Positions 28,256 through 39,079 of a stretch of 64,000 nt of DNA are shown in pieces (the stretch's first letter is position 1; each line of letters starts with the position of its first letter). This stretch comes from Thermoplasmata archaeon (lineage in GTDB: Archaea; Thermoplasmatota; E2; JACPAO01; JAHFTW01). The stretch spans positions 64,001 to 128,000 of the forward strand of contig JAXDQS010000002.1 in the NCBI GenBank assembly GCA_034667725.1, read 5' to 3'. The notes beneath the pieces are model-generated. The model was not told the DNA's origin. It did no database searches and worked only from the letters and a program-made list of their open reading frames with translations. Made by a program: the position numbers and the translations under genes.

Positions 28256-29436
28256 CCCACCGACCGGAGCTCTTTCTGCCAGGCGCCGAGCCGCCGCAGG
28301 CCTTCGCGGATGCGATCGGGATGGGTTGCGTAGCTGAGACGGACATGGCTGGCGCCCCGGGCGCCGAAGGCGAGGCCGGGCGTCACGGCGACGTCGGCGC
28401 GCTCCAGCATCCCCATGGCAAGCGCGTCGTCCAGGAGCCCGCCCCATTGGCGCGGGTCGAAGCGCGCGAAGCAGTAGAACGCGCCCGCCGGCGTCGGGCA
28501 GGACACGCCGGGCAGGGCGTTGAGGCCCGCCACCATCAGGTCGCGGCGGCGCCGGTACTCGTCCCGCATCGCGGCCACCGAGTCCTGCGGGCCGGCCACG
28601 GCGGCCAGCGCCCCATCCTGGGCGAAGCTGGTGATGTGCGTCAGGCTCTGCGACTGCAGCTTGTCCACCTCGGCGACGGCGGCGTCGGGCGCCACCACCC
28701 AGCCGGTGCGCCAGCCGGTCATCGCGAACGACTTGCTGAGGCCATTCACGGTGAAGGTGCGCTCCCAGCCGCCGGGCAGCGCCGCGGCGCTCACGTGCCG
28801 GCCATCGTAGAGCAGCTTCTGGTAAATCTCGTCCGAGATGACCCACAGGTCGTGGTCGATGGCAAGCTCGACGATGCCGCGCACGTCCTCCGGCGTGTTG
28901 ACGCCGCCCGTCGGGTTGGACGGCGAGTTGAGGATGATGGCCTTGGTCTTCCGGGTGATGCGCTCCGCCACGGCCTCGGGCCGCATCCGGAACCCGTCGT
29001 CCGCCAGGATGGGGACCGGGACCGGCGTCGCGTGCGCCCACTGCACGATCGGCTCGTAGCTGACCCACGCCGGGTCGGGCAGCAGCACCTCGTCGCCCTG
29101 CTGCGTCGTGGCCTGCAGCGACAGGAAGATGCCGTGCTTGGCCGGGGTCACGACGACATGCCGCGCCGTGCACGGGATGCCGTTGTCCTTGCGCTCGGCG
29201 TCCGCGATGGCGGCCCGCAGCTCCGGGATGCCGGCGCCCGGCGTGTACTTGGTGCGGCCGGCGCGCAACGCGGCGATGGCCGCCTCCTTCACGTGCTGCG
29301 GCGTGTCGAAGTCAGGCTCGCCGATGTTGAACGACACCATGTCGATGCCCTTGGCGCGCTTCTGGGCCACCAGGTTGTTCATGGCCACGGTGGCGGAGGC
29401 CGCGATGCGGCGGGTCCGCTCGGCGAAACGTGGCAC
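28252..29436 (-). CDS. Class I PLP-dependent aminotransferase (aspartate aminotransferase-like)
   Basis: GEPDFDTP, NSPSNPTG, SDEIY, NGLSKSFAMTGWR, RLSYA. Confidence 0.95.
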   Translation of the reverse strand: MPRFAERTRRIAASATVAMNNLVAQKRAKGIDMVSFNIGEPDFDTPQHVKEAAIAALRAGRTKYTPGAGIPELRAAIADAERKDNGIPCTARHVVVTPAKHGIFLSLQATTQQGDEVLLPDPAWVSYEPIVQWAHATPVPVPILADDGFRMRPEAVAERITRKTKAIILNSPSNPTGGVNTPEDVRGIVELAIDHDLWVISDEIYQKLLYDGRHVSAAALPGGWERTFTVNGLSKSFAMTGWRTGWVVAPDAAVAEVDKLQSQSLTHITSFAQDGALAAVAGPQDSVAAMRDEYRRRRDLMVAGLNALPGVSCPTPAGAFYCFARFDPRQWGGLLDDALAMGMLERADVAVTPGLAFGARGASHVRLSYATHPDRIREGLRRLGAWQKELRSVG

Positions 29437-29460
29437 GACCGGTCGGAGGCCGGGTCTTGG

Positions 29461-31050
29461 TCAAGAGGGTGTCGTCGGCAGCTCCGGCCGGCGACGGAAC
29501 GGCAGCCGGAGGAACCGCTTCGGCAGCATCCCGAGCAGCACCAGCAGGATGCCGAGGCCGAACAGGATCAAGAGGGGCAACGAGGACCAGTCGATGGCGC
29601 CGCTGCCGGCGGTGCTGGCGGGGACCACGATGCCGGGGTTCGAGAGGTCCAGGTCGCCGCGCACGGGCTCGCTGAGCGAAGGGTGGCTCACCTCGTAGGT
29701 GAAGGGACCGAGGAAGGTCGGCGTCAGGTCGAGGCTTAGGCTGTGCGTGGTGAGCATCGTCTTCGCGTACGTGACGTTGTAGCCGCCCATCTGCGCGATC
29801 GGAGTGCTGTTGCCGGGGGCGTAGACGCGCAGCAGCACGCCGGGCATCGGCAAGCCGTCCGCGCCGGTCACGACGGCCCGGACCGGGACCTGGGCGAGGA
29901 TGGGCATGCCGTTCGGGTTGCGGGCCATGATGCCGCCGTAGTCGTTGTCCATGAGGTCGCCGGCGAAGCGCGAGTCATAGAGGAAGATGGCGTTGGCGCG
30001 GTTGCGCACGAAGGTGTTGTTGGAGGCGGCCAGCAGGCTGTTGTCCTTGCCGAAGATGCCTTGGCGGTGGCCGGTGATGACGGAGTCGCGGATGTCCGCG
30101 ATGGTCCCCATCAGGTAGACGCCGTGGGTCTCCTCGGTGGCGGGAACGGCCGCAGGCTCCAGGCGCAGGCCCTTGGCGTTGATGCGTGGGTAGTCCATAA
30201 CCTGGGGGTTGACCTCGTTGGGCAGGAACTTGCCGTGGACGCCGTCCTGCTTGTAGCCGGTGATGCGCACGTCGTCGAGGTTGGCCACGCCGGAGCCGGC
30301 GACGTACACGCCGATGGAGCCGGCCGAGAGGTCGGAGTCGTGGACCTGGACGGGGCAGCTGTTGACCATCACGGCCTCCGTGATGGCGTGGATGCTGGTC
30401 CGTTCGACCACGAAGTCGCACAAGGTGCGGCCCATGATGCCGAAATGGGAATCGGCCAGGCTCGAGTCGCGGATTTCCATCGGGCCAAGGGCGCCGAGGC
30501 TCATGAAGCCCATGTTGGCGACCTCGGCGCGCTCCAGCAGCACGGAGCCGCCCTGGGCCGCGATCAGCGTGCCGTTGCTGTTGTACAAGTGAATGTCGGC
30601 CAGCTCGGCGCGGCCGGCGACCCGGAGGCCGCCGCCGGGGAAGTAGAGGTTGTTCAGGCCGCTGCCGCGCATGCGCGAGATTTCGGTCCGGGGCTCGCCG
30701 GAGGAGACGATGGTGCCGTTGGCCTCGATCCAGAAGCCATGGGTCTCGTCGATGGTTTCGTCAAGGGCCGTGAGGCGGGTGGCGGCATTGCCGGACGGGC
30801 CGAGCTCCAGCCTGGCGCCCGCCTCGACCAGGATGCGGTGGCCGACGGTGAGTTCGACGCCTTCGAGGCGGAGCGTGGCGGGGGCCTGGACGAGGAGGTC
30901 GTGCGGGATGGTCCTGGCGACGGCCGTCCAGGTCTGGTCCTCGGCGACCACCACGTCGTCGGCCGCCGGCTGGCCCGTGCTGGACGGCGATGGGAGGACG
31001 ACGACGGCCAGCAGCAAGGCGAGGGTCGCGGACTGGAGGGTTTTGTTCAT
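29461..31050 (-). CDS. Secreted right-handed beta-helix protein with C-terminal TM anchor
   Basis: Signal peptide MNKTLQSATLALLLAVV; repeated 'IRDSxI/GI' rungs; C-terminal TM plus basic tail. Confidence 0.78.
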   Translation of the reverse strand: MNKTLQSATLALLLAVVVLPSPSSTGQPAADDVVVAEDQTWTAVARTIPHDLLVQAPATLRLEGVELTVGHRILVEAGARLELGPSGNAATRLTALDETIDETHGFWIEANGTIVSSGEPRTEISRMRGSGLNNLYFPGGGLRVAGRAELADIHLYNSNGTLIAAQGGSVLLERAEVANMGFMSLGALGPMEIRDSSLADSHFGIMGRTLCDFVVERTSIHAITEAVMVNSCPVQVHDSDLSAGSIGVYVAGSGVANLDDVRITGYKQDGVHGKFLPNEVNPQVMDYPRINAKGLRLEPAAVPATEETHGVYLMGTIADIRDSVITGHRQGIFGKDNSLLAASNNTFVRNRANAIFLYDSRFAGDLMDNDYGGIMARNPNGMPILAQVPVRAVVTGADGLPMPGVLLRVYAPGNSTPIAQMGGYNVTYAKTMLTTHSLSLDLTPTFLGPFTYEVSHPSLSEPVRGDLDLSNPGIVVPASTAGSGAIDWSSLPLLILFGLGILLVLLGMLPKRFLRLPFRRRPELPTTPS

Positions 31051-31224
31051 GGAGGCACCCGATAGCACGCTTCGGACCTTTGGGCCATATTCAGTGGTTC
31101 TGGCCGAAGCGGATACATCTACAGGAGTGGAAGGAATTGCGCGTGCTCGCGGGGACGCACCTTGGCTAGGAATCATGGAGCGCAGAAAAGGATGGAAAGA
31201 GGGGGGAAGGGAACTACCGCTGCC

Positions 31225-32001
31225 TTAGTTGTAGGACATCGGGTAGGGGTCGCACTTGTTGGCGAGGGGGGCGATGCTGCCGTTGGGGCCAGCGACCGTG
31301 TAGGTGCCGTACGTGTTGGGCGGGGGGGCCGTGGTCGGGAAGCCGGTGACGTGGCCGCCGTCGATGGTGTACGCGAACTGCTCGTCGTAGACGAACGCGT
31401 CGCCGTTGCCGTCGCCGCAGGTGATGCCGCCGATCTGGGCGGTGAAGGGAACCGGGGCGTTGACCTCGTCCGTCATCTGGATCTGGTACCACTGGCGGGA
31501 GGGCGAGGCGATGATGCCCTGCTCGTCGTCCTCGGCGTCCTTGCAGGCGCCGCCGTCGTAGGCGTTGTAGGCGCCGTTCGAGCGGCCGCCGGTGGCAGCG
31601 CAGGGGGAGCCCGAGAAGCCCGGGTTCATGAAGCACAGGCCGCCCTGGCCGGAGTTGCCGGGGTCGCCGGTCTCGCTGTCAGGGTTGGCCTCGCAAGCCG
31701 TGAAGGCGAAGGCCGAGTCGCCGCCCTCGAAGGCGGGGTCGTCGGTGCAGAGGATGGCCTTGACCTCGGTGATGATGGGGTGGAGGTCCGGAATCATGTT
31801 GATGATGTTACAGAGCGGACCGCCGTTCACGAGGGGGTCGCTAGTGGGGTAGTCCACGCCGATGGCGGCGCCCCAGTGCTGGGGCTCAAGGCCGCTGCCT
31901 GCAGCCACCGAGGTGTTTTCCGTGATGTGGTACGCGTTGCTGGGGAGGGCCATGGCCACGAAGACCAAGGCGATGCCGCCAGCGATCATTTTGCTGTTCA
32001 T
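31225..32001 (-). CDS. Secreted acidic Cys-rich protein of unknown family
   Basis: Signal peptide ending PSNA; 8 Cys; strong codon bias; pyrimidine-rich tract downstream. Confidence 0.75.
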   Translation of the reverse strand: MNSKMIAGGIALVFVAMALPSNAYHITENTSVAAGSGLEPQHWGAAIGVDYPTSDPLVNGGPLCNIINMIPDLHPIITEVKAILCTDDPAFEGGDSAFAFTACEANPDSETGDPGNSGQGGLCFMNPGFSGSPCAATGGRSNGAYNAYDGGACKDAEDDEQGIIASPSRQWYQIQMTDEVNAPVPFTAQIGGITCGDGNGDAFVYDEQFAYTIDGGHVTGFPTTAPPPNTYGTYTVAGPNGSIAPLANKCDPYPMSYN

Positions 32002-32100
32002 TGTGTTCACCAATGCCAAGAGCAGCCCGTCCACGCGGTGCGGGGACAAGCCTCCAGGGCAATCAGGCGCGAATCACCTGCCTCATTGAAGGCTTGCGGC

Positions 32101-32246
32101 CCATGCGGAAACAATCGCTAGCCCAACTGGAAACATCGGGCAAGGGGGGTCGGCTTGCCGAAGGTTGACTGGGGGCCTTCCGGGACATCTGGTTTCCACT
32201 AGAGCCCCAGAAGAACCTGCCGTCCACGGAACCATCGTCGTAGGGG
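32101..32246. promoter_or_regulatory. Cluster of ORB-like boxes
   Basis: CATGCGGAAAC, CCAACTGGAAACATCGGGCAAGGGGGG, inverse CTCTAGTGGAAAC, TCCACGGAAC. Confidence 0.4.
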
Positions 32247-32247
32247 C

Positions 32248-32865
32248 CTAGATGCGCAGGCCTTCCAGCGCCGTCGGCCGCAGCTCGACGGTGACCTCGC
32301 CGCGGCCGGCGTGCTCGAAGCCCAGCGCCGTGGGCGGCTGCGCCGTGGCCGGCTCGTCGCGCGAGTCGAGAATGCGAAGCAGCGCGCTCGTCGGGTAGTA
32401 CGTCTTGAACGGCGGCTCCTCGACCTCCTCCAGCAGGCCCTGCGCCAGCATGGCGTCGACGTACTTGCGGAACACCTTGCGCGTCATGCCGAGCTGGCGG
32501 GTGATGTCGCTCTGGACGAGGCCCGGCTCGCGGCGGACCTTCTGCGCCAGCTCCAGAGTGCGGCCGCGCTGGAGGGCGGCCCAGGCGTCCTGGTCGAAGA
32601 ACTGCATGGTGGCGGGGAACACGGCGGCCCGCTGGCTCGATGACACGACCCGGACCAGGCCAGCCCTGTGCAAGGCGGCCAGGTGGTGGCGCACGGTGGC
32701 CCGGGAGCAGCCGGCCTCGTCGACCAGGCGGCCCTGTAGGATGCCAGGAGAGCGGTGGACAATCTCCAGGATGCCGGCGCGCATGCGGTTCGTCAGGAGG
32801 CGAGCCCGTTGCCGGCCGATGGCGGCAGGGGTGCGCTGGCTCTCCGTGGATTGGGACCCGACCAT
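32248..32865 (-). CDS. Tandem winged-helix transcriptional regulator
   Basis: 'RAGILEIVHRSPGI...TVRHHLAALHRAGLV' and 'REPGLVQSDI...AQGLL'; start uncertain (up to 32997). Confidence 0.8.
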   Translation of the reverse strand: MVGSQSTESQRTPAAIGRQRARLLTNRMRAGILEIVHRSPGILQGRLVDEAGCSRATVRHHLAALHRAGLVRVVSSSQRAAVFPATMQFFDQDAWAALQRGRTLELAQKVRREPGLVQSDITRQLGMTRKVFRKYVDAMLAQGLLEEVEEPPFKTYYPTSALLRILDSRDEPATAQPPTALGFEHAGRGEVTVELRPTALEGLRI

Positions 32866-33054
32866 GCAAGCCGGCCAACGCCAGCCGGTCTTTGAGTGGG
32901 TTTTGGCTGATCGCGGCTCGGTCCAAAAACAGCTCAAGAACCTTGTGCTTGGCGCGACGGTTCCTCCAGGAGTAAGTAGTCGGCCCAAGAAGTTCATGGC
33001 GGTGCTCGCATTAACCAAAAGTCTCAGATAGGGGGAGAGCTTGGAAGCGCTGGT

Positions 33055-35832
33055 GTGATTGTCGTGGGTGCGATTGGTGTTCCAGCAGAGCCTCGCCTTG
33101 TCCTTGGGCGTCGGATGGCCGTCGGCTTGGCTGCCGTGGCCGTCCTTGGCCTGGGGTTGCTGATGTTGGCGCCCGACGCGCAGGCCCAGGGGGCCGCCAT
33201 CAACACGCCGTTCATCCAGGTGGGCTTGCACCCCAACGGCGACTTCCGCTACATTTGCGGCAGCACTTGCCCGCCCATCTGCAACGACAACGCCGTCCGC
33301 ATCCTGTACCACCTTGCCGGCGGCGCCGGCGACTGCAACCTGAACATCGCCGGCTATTGGGGCGTCTCCTTCACTAATCCCACCTACGGCCTTCGGACTG
33401 CCACCTGCTCGTCCTACGATTCGGGCAACGGCGTCTGCGCCCCCTTCATTTCGCCGCCTGCCACGATGGCCTCAACCGGGTTCAGCTACACGGGGGCCGT
33501 CGGCAGCGCCACCTCGGTCACCGCCAACAACCGCTTGTCGGCGCCCGGGGACCCGGTCTCGCCATTGATCATCCAGCACGTCCTCACGCCCTCGACCAGC
33601 GCCAACCTCGCTAGGGCCGACGTCACCATCACGAACACGGACCCCAGCGGCACGTTCTCGGACATCCACTACCGCCGCACCTTTGCCTTCACCGAGATGC
33701 GTCACCCCCCCGGCGCTCCCCCCCCCGGCGGTCCTACGGTCCAGTCGTTGAGCACGAACACCAAGCTCTGGATTGAAGGCGACTACCCGCCCCCCTCCAC
33801 CCTGCGGTGCACCTCGAACGTGGGCTTCGCTCATGGTGCCCCGCAAACCAATTGCGTCAACGGCCTCCCGGACTTCCTTCATGGGTCCAACACCGCCCGC
33901 TGCGAGGATGATGGCCGCCTGTCTACCCACCCGAACCCGCCTATCCCGCCCGGCGCGGTCCCGGCCGGCCCGCCTACGGTCTCCCCCGTCCCTGGCCCCG
34001 GCACCGCGACCCTCGGGCTGGCCGTTCCCTGGACCGCCGGGCCCACCGGCTACGTCGACTGCGGCCAAGGCGCCCTGTTCGAGTTCGCCCTCGGCAGCCT
34101 CGGCCCTGGCGAGAGTCTGAGCTTCACCATCTTCCTGGGCGGCGTCATGGCCACCGGATCGGTCCCGGACGCCCTCAACGACGCCCGCGACATCCTGCGC
34201 AGCGTCGGCGCCGAGTTCTGGTCCATCGCCGAGCCGGCCACGGTGTCGAACACGACCTGGGCCACCTCGATGGTCGGCTTCCACGGCCTGTACCGCCCCG
34301 CGCCCACCGTCACCTGGAGCACCACCATCCCTGGCTGGACCGTTCCGGCCCCGTTCACGCCGGGCGTCACTGTGTGCCTAGGCGAGGCGGCGACCTTCAG
34401 CGACACCTACGTCCACACCTCCTACCCCATCGCCAGCTCGGAGTGGGATTTCGAGACCGACGGCACGGTGGACGCGACCTTCCCCGGCTCCGGCACGCCC
34501 AGCCACACCTACCCCGCCGTCGGCAGCTACACGGTCACCGTCAACGTCGAGGACACCGCCGGCTGGACCGGCACCGGGACCGCCACCGTCGTCGTCAAGC
34601 AATGCCGGCTGCCCCCCGTGGCCTCGTTCATCGCAAGCGGCGGCGCCAACTGCATCGACAGCCGCGTGCTGTTCGACGCCAGCGCCTCCTACGACCCCGA
34701 CGGCGGCCCGCTGACCTACACTTGGAACTTCGGCGACGGCTCCGCCAACGGCACCGGCGTCACGGTGTTCCACCAGTACCTCAACGACAACCCGCTCACC
34801 GTCACGCTGACCGTGCTCGACAACGAGGGCGTCACAGGTGTGGCCACCATGCCGTACCCGCCGCCGGGCGACCCCAACTGTCTGCCGAACCTGGACCCTC
34901 TCCCCGAGGTCTGGGTGTCGCCGGGCGAGGTCTTCACCGTCCAGCTGCACGCCGTCGACTCCGACGGCCCAGGGCTGTCCTTCGAAGGCGCCGCCACCTT
35001 GGGCGGCACCGTGAACAGCCTCGTCGTGACGCCGCCGCCCACCCAATGGGAGGCGAACGGCGACTTCGTCTTCACCGTCCCCGGCTGGCCGGCAGGCCGC
35101 TACGAACTGCCGTTCCGCGCCTTCGACGGCATCGCCTACGACCAGGAAATCCTGGTGCTGCGCGTCCGCGGCATCGTGGAGGACACCGACAGCGACGGCG
35201 TGGCGGACCCCGCCGACAACTGCCCAGGCATCGTGAACCTCGACCAGGCCGACGGCGACAAGAACGGCGTCGGCGACGCCTGCCAAGGGCCCGACGGCAA
35301 GACCATCGACTTCGACGGCGACGGCGTCCCCGACACCTCTGACCTGTGCCCCACGGTCCCGAACCCGGACCAGCAGGACACGGACCTGGACGGCATCGGC
35401 GACGCCTGCGAACGCCTCGGCCTGCCTAACGACGCCGACGCCGACGGCTGGCTCGACGTGGTCGACAACTGCCCCGCCCGCCCCAACGAGGACCAGAAAG
35501 ACCTGGACAAAGACGGCGCCGGCGACCTGTGCGACCCCGACGCGGACGGCGACCACGTGTCCGACGTCGGCAAGAACGCCGACAACTGCCTGCGCCTCCC
35601 CAACCCCGACCAGCTGGACGCCGACCAGGACGGCGAGGGCAACGCCTGCGACCAGGCGACCGACCAGCCCCCGACCGGGCTGGCGGAGCGCAAGCGCCCG
35701 CTCGGCGACCTGCAGGACCCCTCCAGCCGCTCGTTCCTGCTGCTGGTGGGAATCGGGCCGGCCGTGCTGGCGGGCGTGCTGCTGCTGGCGCTGTGGCGCA
35801 GGAAGCGGAAGGAGCAGGAACGGCAACCGTAG
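33055..35832 (+). CDS. Large surface protein with two PKD domains, thrombospondin type-3 Ca-binding repeats and a C-terminal TM
   Basis: WDFETDG...SHTY and FDASASYDPDG...WNFGDG; repeated DxDxDGxxDxxDNCP...NPDQ; TM followed by RRKRK. Confidence 0.9.
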   Translation: MIVVGAIGVPAEPRLVLGRRMAVGLAAVAVLGLGLLMLAPDAQAQGAAINTPFIQVGLHPNGDFRYICGSTCPPICNDNAVRILYHLAGGAGDCNLNIAGYWGVSFTNPTYGLRTATCSSYDSGNGVCAPFISPPATMASTGFSYTGAVGSATSVTANNRLSAPGDPVSPLIIQHVLTPSTSANLARADVTITNTDPSGTFSDIHYRRTFAFTEMRHPPGAPPPGGPTVQSLSTNTKLWIEGDYPPPSTLRCTSNVGFAHGAPQTNCVNGLPDFLHGSNTARCEDDGRLSTHPNPPIPPGAVPAGPPTVSPVPGPGTATLGLAVPWTAGPTGYVDCGQGALFEFALGSLGPGESLSFTIFLGGVMATGSVPDALNDARDILRSVGAEFWSIAEPATVSNTTWATSMVGFHGLYRPAPTVTWSTTIPGWTVPAPFTPGVTVCLGEAATFSDTYVHTSYPIASSEWDFETDGTVDATFPGSGTPSHTYPAVGSYTVTVNVEDTAGWTGTGTATVVVKQCRLPPVASFIASGGANCIDSRVLFDASASYDPDGGPLTYTWNFGDGSANGTGVTVFHQYLNDNPLTVTLTVLDNEGVTGVATMPYPPPGDPNCLPNLDPLPEVWVSPGEVFTVQLHAVDSDGPGLSFEGAATLGGTVNSLVVTPPPTQWEANGDFVFTVPGWPAGRYELPFRAFDGIAYDQEILVLRVRGIVEDTDSDGVADPADNCPGIVNLDQADGDKNGVGDACQGPDGKTIDFDGDGVPDTSDLCPTVPNPDQQDTDLDGIGDACERLGLPNDADADGWLDVVDNCPARPNEDQKDLDKDGAGDLCDPDADGDHVSDVGKNADNCLRLPNPDQLDADQDGEGNACDQATDQPPTGLAERKRPLGDLQDPSSRSFLLLVGIGPAVLAGVLLLALWRRKRKEQERQP

Positions 35833-35835
35833 CGC

Positions 35836-36853
35836 GTGCCCCGGCCGCCCGACGCCCTGCACCCTAAGGACGCCCTCCGTCTCGTCCGGCTGCTCAAGCG
35901 CCAACTACCGCCCGACGGCTTGCGTCGCCATGACCCGCACCCGTTGGCCCAGGACATCGCCGAGAGCGAGAGGCTGTTCCACACCGTCGGCAATCCTGGC
36001 TTCCGGGTTCCTGAGGCAATGCTTCGCGCCTGCGTCCTGGCGAGGGCCCTTGAGACGCTGGCGAAAGCCGGTGCGCCGCACCTCGCGTCCCGCGTCGCGC
36101 GGCTGGCGGGCCCCGCGGCCGAATACCAAGCCACGCGGTTCGAGTTGCTGAAAGCCGCGCATGACGCGCGCCGCGGCATGGCCGTCCGCTTCATTCCTGA
36201 AGGCGCCGGCAGGGACGCACGACTTCGACGTCCAAGGCGCCAGCCGGTTCCACGTCGAGTCAAGCGGTTGGAGCCACAGACGCCGTCCTGTTGCAGCATG
36301 ATGGCGGACTTCGAGCGCATCCAGGGGGAGGGGCTGGCCTGCTCAGTCCGCATCTGCTCCGAGGCGCTTCTCACGGACGCCGCGCGGGCGCCAATCGCGG
36401 CGGCGGCAAAGGCGGCCATGGCGGAGCGGCGCGCCGGCGCGTTCGAGGTGCAGCCAGGCATCCAGGCCGAACTGGCTTGGGAGCCGTCGAGGGAGACGCC
36501 GCCCCGCTCATCAGGGGCCGCGCCGTCGTCGAGCTGAAGCCTTCCGGCGACGGCCGGCTGGAGGTCCGCCGTGTCTTCCGCTCGGAAATCCAATGCTCCC
36601 AGGCCCAAGACCGCACCCGGGCCGCCTGGGAGCTGCTGGAGAGGGCGGCGGAGCAGTTGCCCCTGGACGGCCCCGGCCTCGTGGTCCTGTCCATCACGGG
36701 CATGCCGAAGGACGGCGGGCGGCGGAGCTGGAGCGGCGGGTGGTCGCCAAGCTCGGCCGCAGGCCGCACTGTCTCCGCATGGAGGTGCTCAACCCGCTCG
36801 CCCGCGTGGCCGCCACGACGGAGATGCTGCCGTTGGAGCCAGGGGACAGCTAG
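35836..36853 (+). pseudogene. Frameshifted PD-(D/E)xK nuclease-like gene
   Basis: FELL...GMAVRFIPE in frame 1; THDFDV...HVE-KR in a shifted frame (36215-36267); AAEQLPLDGPGLVVLSI in a further frame. Confidence 0.6.
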
Positions 36854-36901
36854 GTGGCCAGAAGAGGGTAGGAAAAGGGGGGAAGGAAACGCTCGCCGCG
36901 C

Positions 36902-39067
36902 CTACCGGACCAGGTATCCGCCGTAGCTCACGATCAAGCCCGCGAACACCAGGGCCACCGTGTTGATGACCTTGATCAGGGCGTTGATGGACGGGCCGGC
37001 GGTGTCCTTGTAGGGATCGCCGACGGTGTCGCCGACGACGGCTGCCTTGTGGGCGTCGGAGCCCTTGCGGCCTTGCTTCTCGAGGAGCTTCTTGGCGTTG
37101 TCCCAGGCGCCGCCGCCGTTGGACATCGACAGGGCCAGCATGAGGCCGGACGCCAGCACGCCGATCAGCAGGCCGCCGAGGGCCAGCGGGCCCCACAGGA
37201 AGCCGACGACCAGGGGGGCGCTGACGGCGAGGATGCCGGGCAGGGCCATCTCCTTGAGGGCGGCCTTGGTGACGATGTCGACGCAGGCGCCGTACTGGGG
37301 CTTGCCGGTGCCTTCCATGATGCCGGGAATCTCGCGGAACTGGCGGCGGACCTCCTCGATGATGGCGCCGGCGGCCTTGCCGACCGCCTTCATGAGGTAG
37401 CTGCTGAACAGGAACGGCAGCATGGCGCCGATCAGGAGGCCGATGAGCACGAGCGAGTTGTCCAGGGCGAACGCGATGCTTTGGTTGGCGCCGGTTCCGA
37501 GGTACTCGAAGTGGAACTTCTGCGACAGCGGCGAGCCTTCAGGGGCGAGGACACTCAGGCGGTGGCTGTAGTCGGCGAACAGCGCGAGGGCGGCCAGCGC
37601 CGCGGAGCCGATGGCGTAGCCCTTCGTGACGGCCTTGGTGGTGTTGCCCACGGCGTCGAGCGCGTCGGTGGTCTCGCGGACCTCAGCGGGCTGGTGCGAC
37701 ATCTCGGCGATACCGCCGGCGTTGTCGGTGATGGGCCCGTAGGTGTCCATGGCGACGATCATGCCGGTGACGGACAGCATGGCGACCGCCGCGATGGCGA
37801 TGCCGTAGAGGCCGGCGAGCTGGTAGGCCGCGAACATGGCGACCGCGATCACGAGGACCGTGTAGAACGTCGAGTGCATGCCGACGGCGAGGCCGGAGAT
37901 GATGTTCGTGGCCGGGCCGGTCTCGGACGCCTTGGCGATCTCCTGGACGGGCTTGTACTTGGTCGCCGTGTAGATCTCCGTGATGACCATCATGAGGACC
38001 ATCACCGAGATGCCGACGAGGGTGGCCAGGAACATGCTCAGGGGCGTGACCATCGTGTTGGCGCTGACGCCGTTGAGGACGCTGAAGTCGATGCCCTTGA
38101 ACACGTAGTCCGTGACGAACCAGAAGCCGATGGCGGCCAGGGCGGCGGAGGCGTAGACGCCCTTGTACAAGGCGCCCATGATGTCGCCGTTCTTGCCGAG
38201 GCGGACGAAGAAGACGCCCAGGATGCTCGCCACGATGGCCACGGCGCCCAGAAGCAGCGGGTAGGTCACGAACGCCGCCGCGCCCGGCGCCAGCAGGAAG
38301 CCCAGGAGCAGGGCCGCGATGACGGTCACGGCGTACGTCTCGAACAGGTCGGCGCCCATGCCGGCGCAGTCGCCGACGTTGTCGCCCACGTTGTCCGCGA
38401 TGACGGCCGGGTTGCGCGGGTCGTCCTCGGGGATGCCCGCCTCGACCTTGCCCACCAGGTCCGCGCCGACGTCGGCGGCCTTGGTGTAGATGCCGCCGCC
38501 GACACGGGCGAACAGCGAGATGAGCGAGGCGCCGAAGGCGAAGCCGATGAGGGGCTCGACCACGTTGGGCTGGACGTTCGCGGCGTACCCGTTGTTGAAC
38601 AGGTAGTAGAAGCCCGACACGCCCAAGAGCGCGAGGCCGGCGACCGCCAGGCCCGCCACCGCGCCGCCGTTGAAGGCGATGCGCAGCGCGGGGGCGAGGC
38701 CGTTGCGGGCCGCCTCCGCGACGCGGACGTTGGAGCGCACCGAGATGTGCATGCCGATGTAGCCGGAGGCGGCGGAGAACAGGGCGCCCACGATGAAGCA
38801 CACCGTCGTCCACAGCCACTTGGCCTTGTCCTCGGCGGTGTCCTGGAACGCCCAGATGGCGACGAACACGGCCACCAGGCCGACGGCCACGAAGGCGATG
38901 GTGCGGTACTGGCGGTTCATGTAGGCCAGCGCACCCTCCTTCACGGCGTTCGAGATCTCGATCATCTTGGCGTCGGTCGGACGCTTGGCAAGGATGCCGC
39001 GGGCGATGACGCCGGCGGCGGCGAGCGCGAGCAGGCCCGCCAGGGGGGCAAGGATGGTCAGGTCCAT
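36902..39067 (-). CDS. hppA: Membrane proton-translocating pyrophosphatase (K+-independent type)
   Basis: [51 protein letters not shown]. Confidence 0.96.
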   Translation of the reverse strand: MDLTILAPLAGLLALAAAGVIARGILAKRPTDAKMIEISNAVKEGALAYMNRQYRTIAFVAVGLVAVFVAIWAFQDTAEDKAKWLWTTVCFIVGALFSAASGYIGMHISVRSNVRVAEAARNGLAPALRIAFNGGAVAGLAVAGLALLGVSGFYYLFNNGYAANVQPNVVEPLIGFAFGASLISLFARVGGGIYTKAADVGADLVGKVEAGIPEDDPRNPAVIADNVGDNVGDCAGMGADLFETYAVTVIAALLLGFLLAPGAAAFVTYPLLLGAVAIVASILGVFFVRLGKNGDIMGALYKGVYASAALAAIGFWFVTDYVFKGIDFSVLNGVSANTMVTPLSMFLATLVGISVMVLMMVITEIYTATKYKPVQEIAKASETGPATNIISGLAVGMHSTFYTVLVIAVAMFAAYQLAGLYGIAIAAVAMLSVTGMIVAMDTYGPITDNAGGIAEMSHQPAEVRETTDALDAVGNTTKAVTKGYAIGSAALAALALFADYSHRLSVLAPEGSPLSQKFHFEYLGTGANQSIAFALDNSLVLIGLLIGAMLPFLFSSYLMKAVGKAAGAIIEEVRRQFREIPGIMEGTGKPQYGACVDIVTKAALKEMALPGILAVSAPLVVGFLWGPLALGGLLIGVLASGLMLALSMSNGGGAWDNAKKLLEKQGRKGSDAHKAAVVGDTVGDPYKDTAGPSINALIKVINTVALVFAGLIVSYGGYLVR

Positions 39068-39079
39068 CGGGTCACCGTT

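Noticed and set aside
32200-32224. AGCCCCAGAAGAACCTGCC, resembling the cobalamin riboswitch B12 box
   Set aside because: Upstream conserved core elements are absent and it points into the 3' end of a convergent gene.
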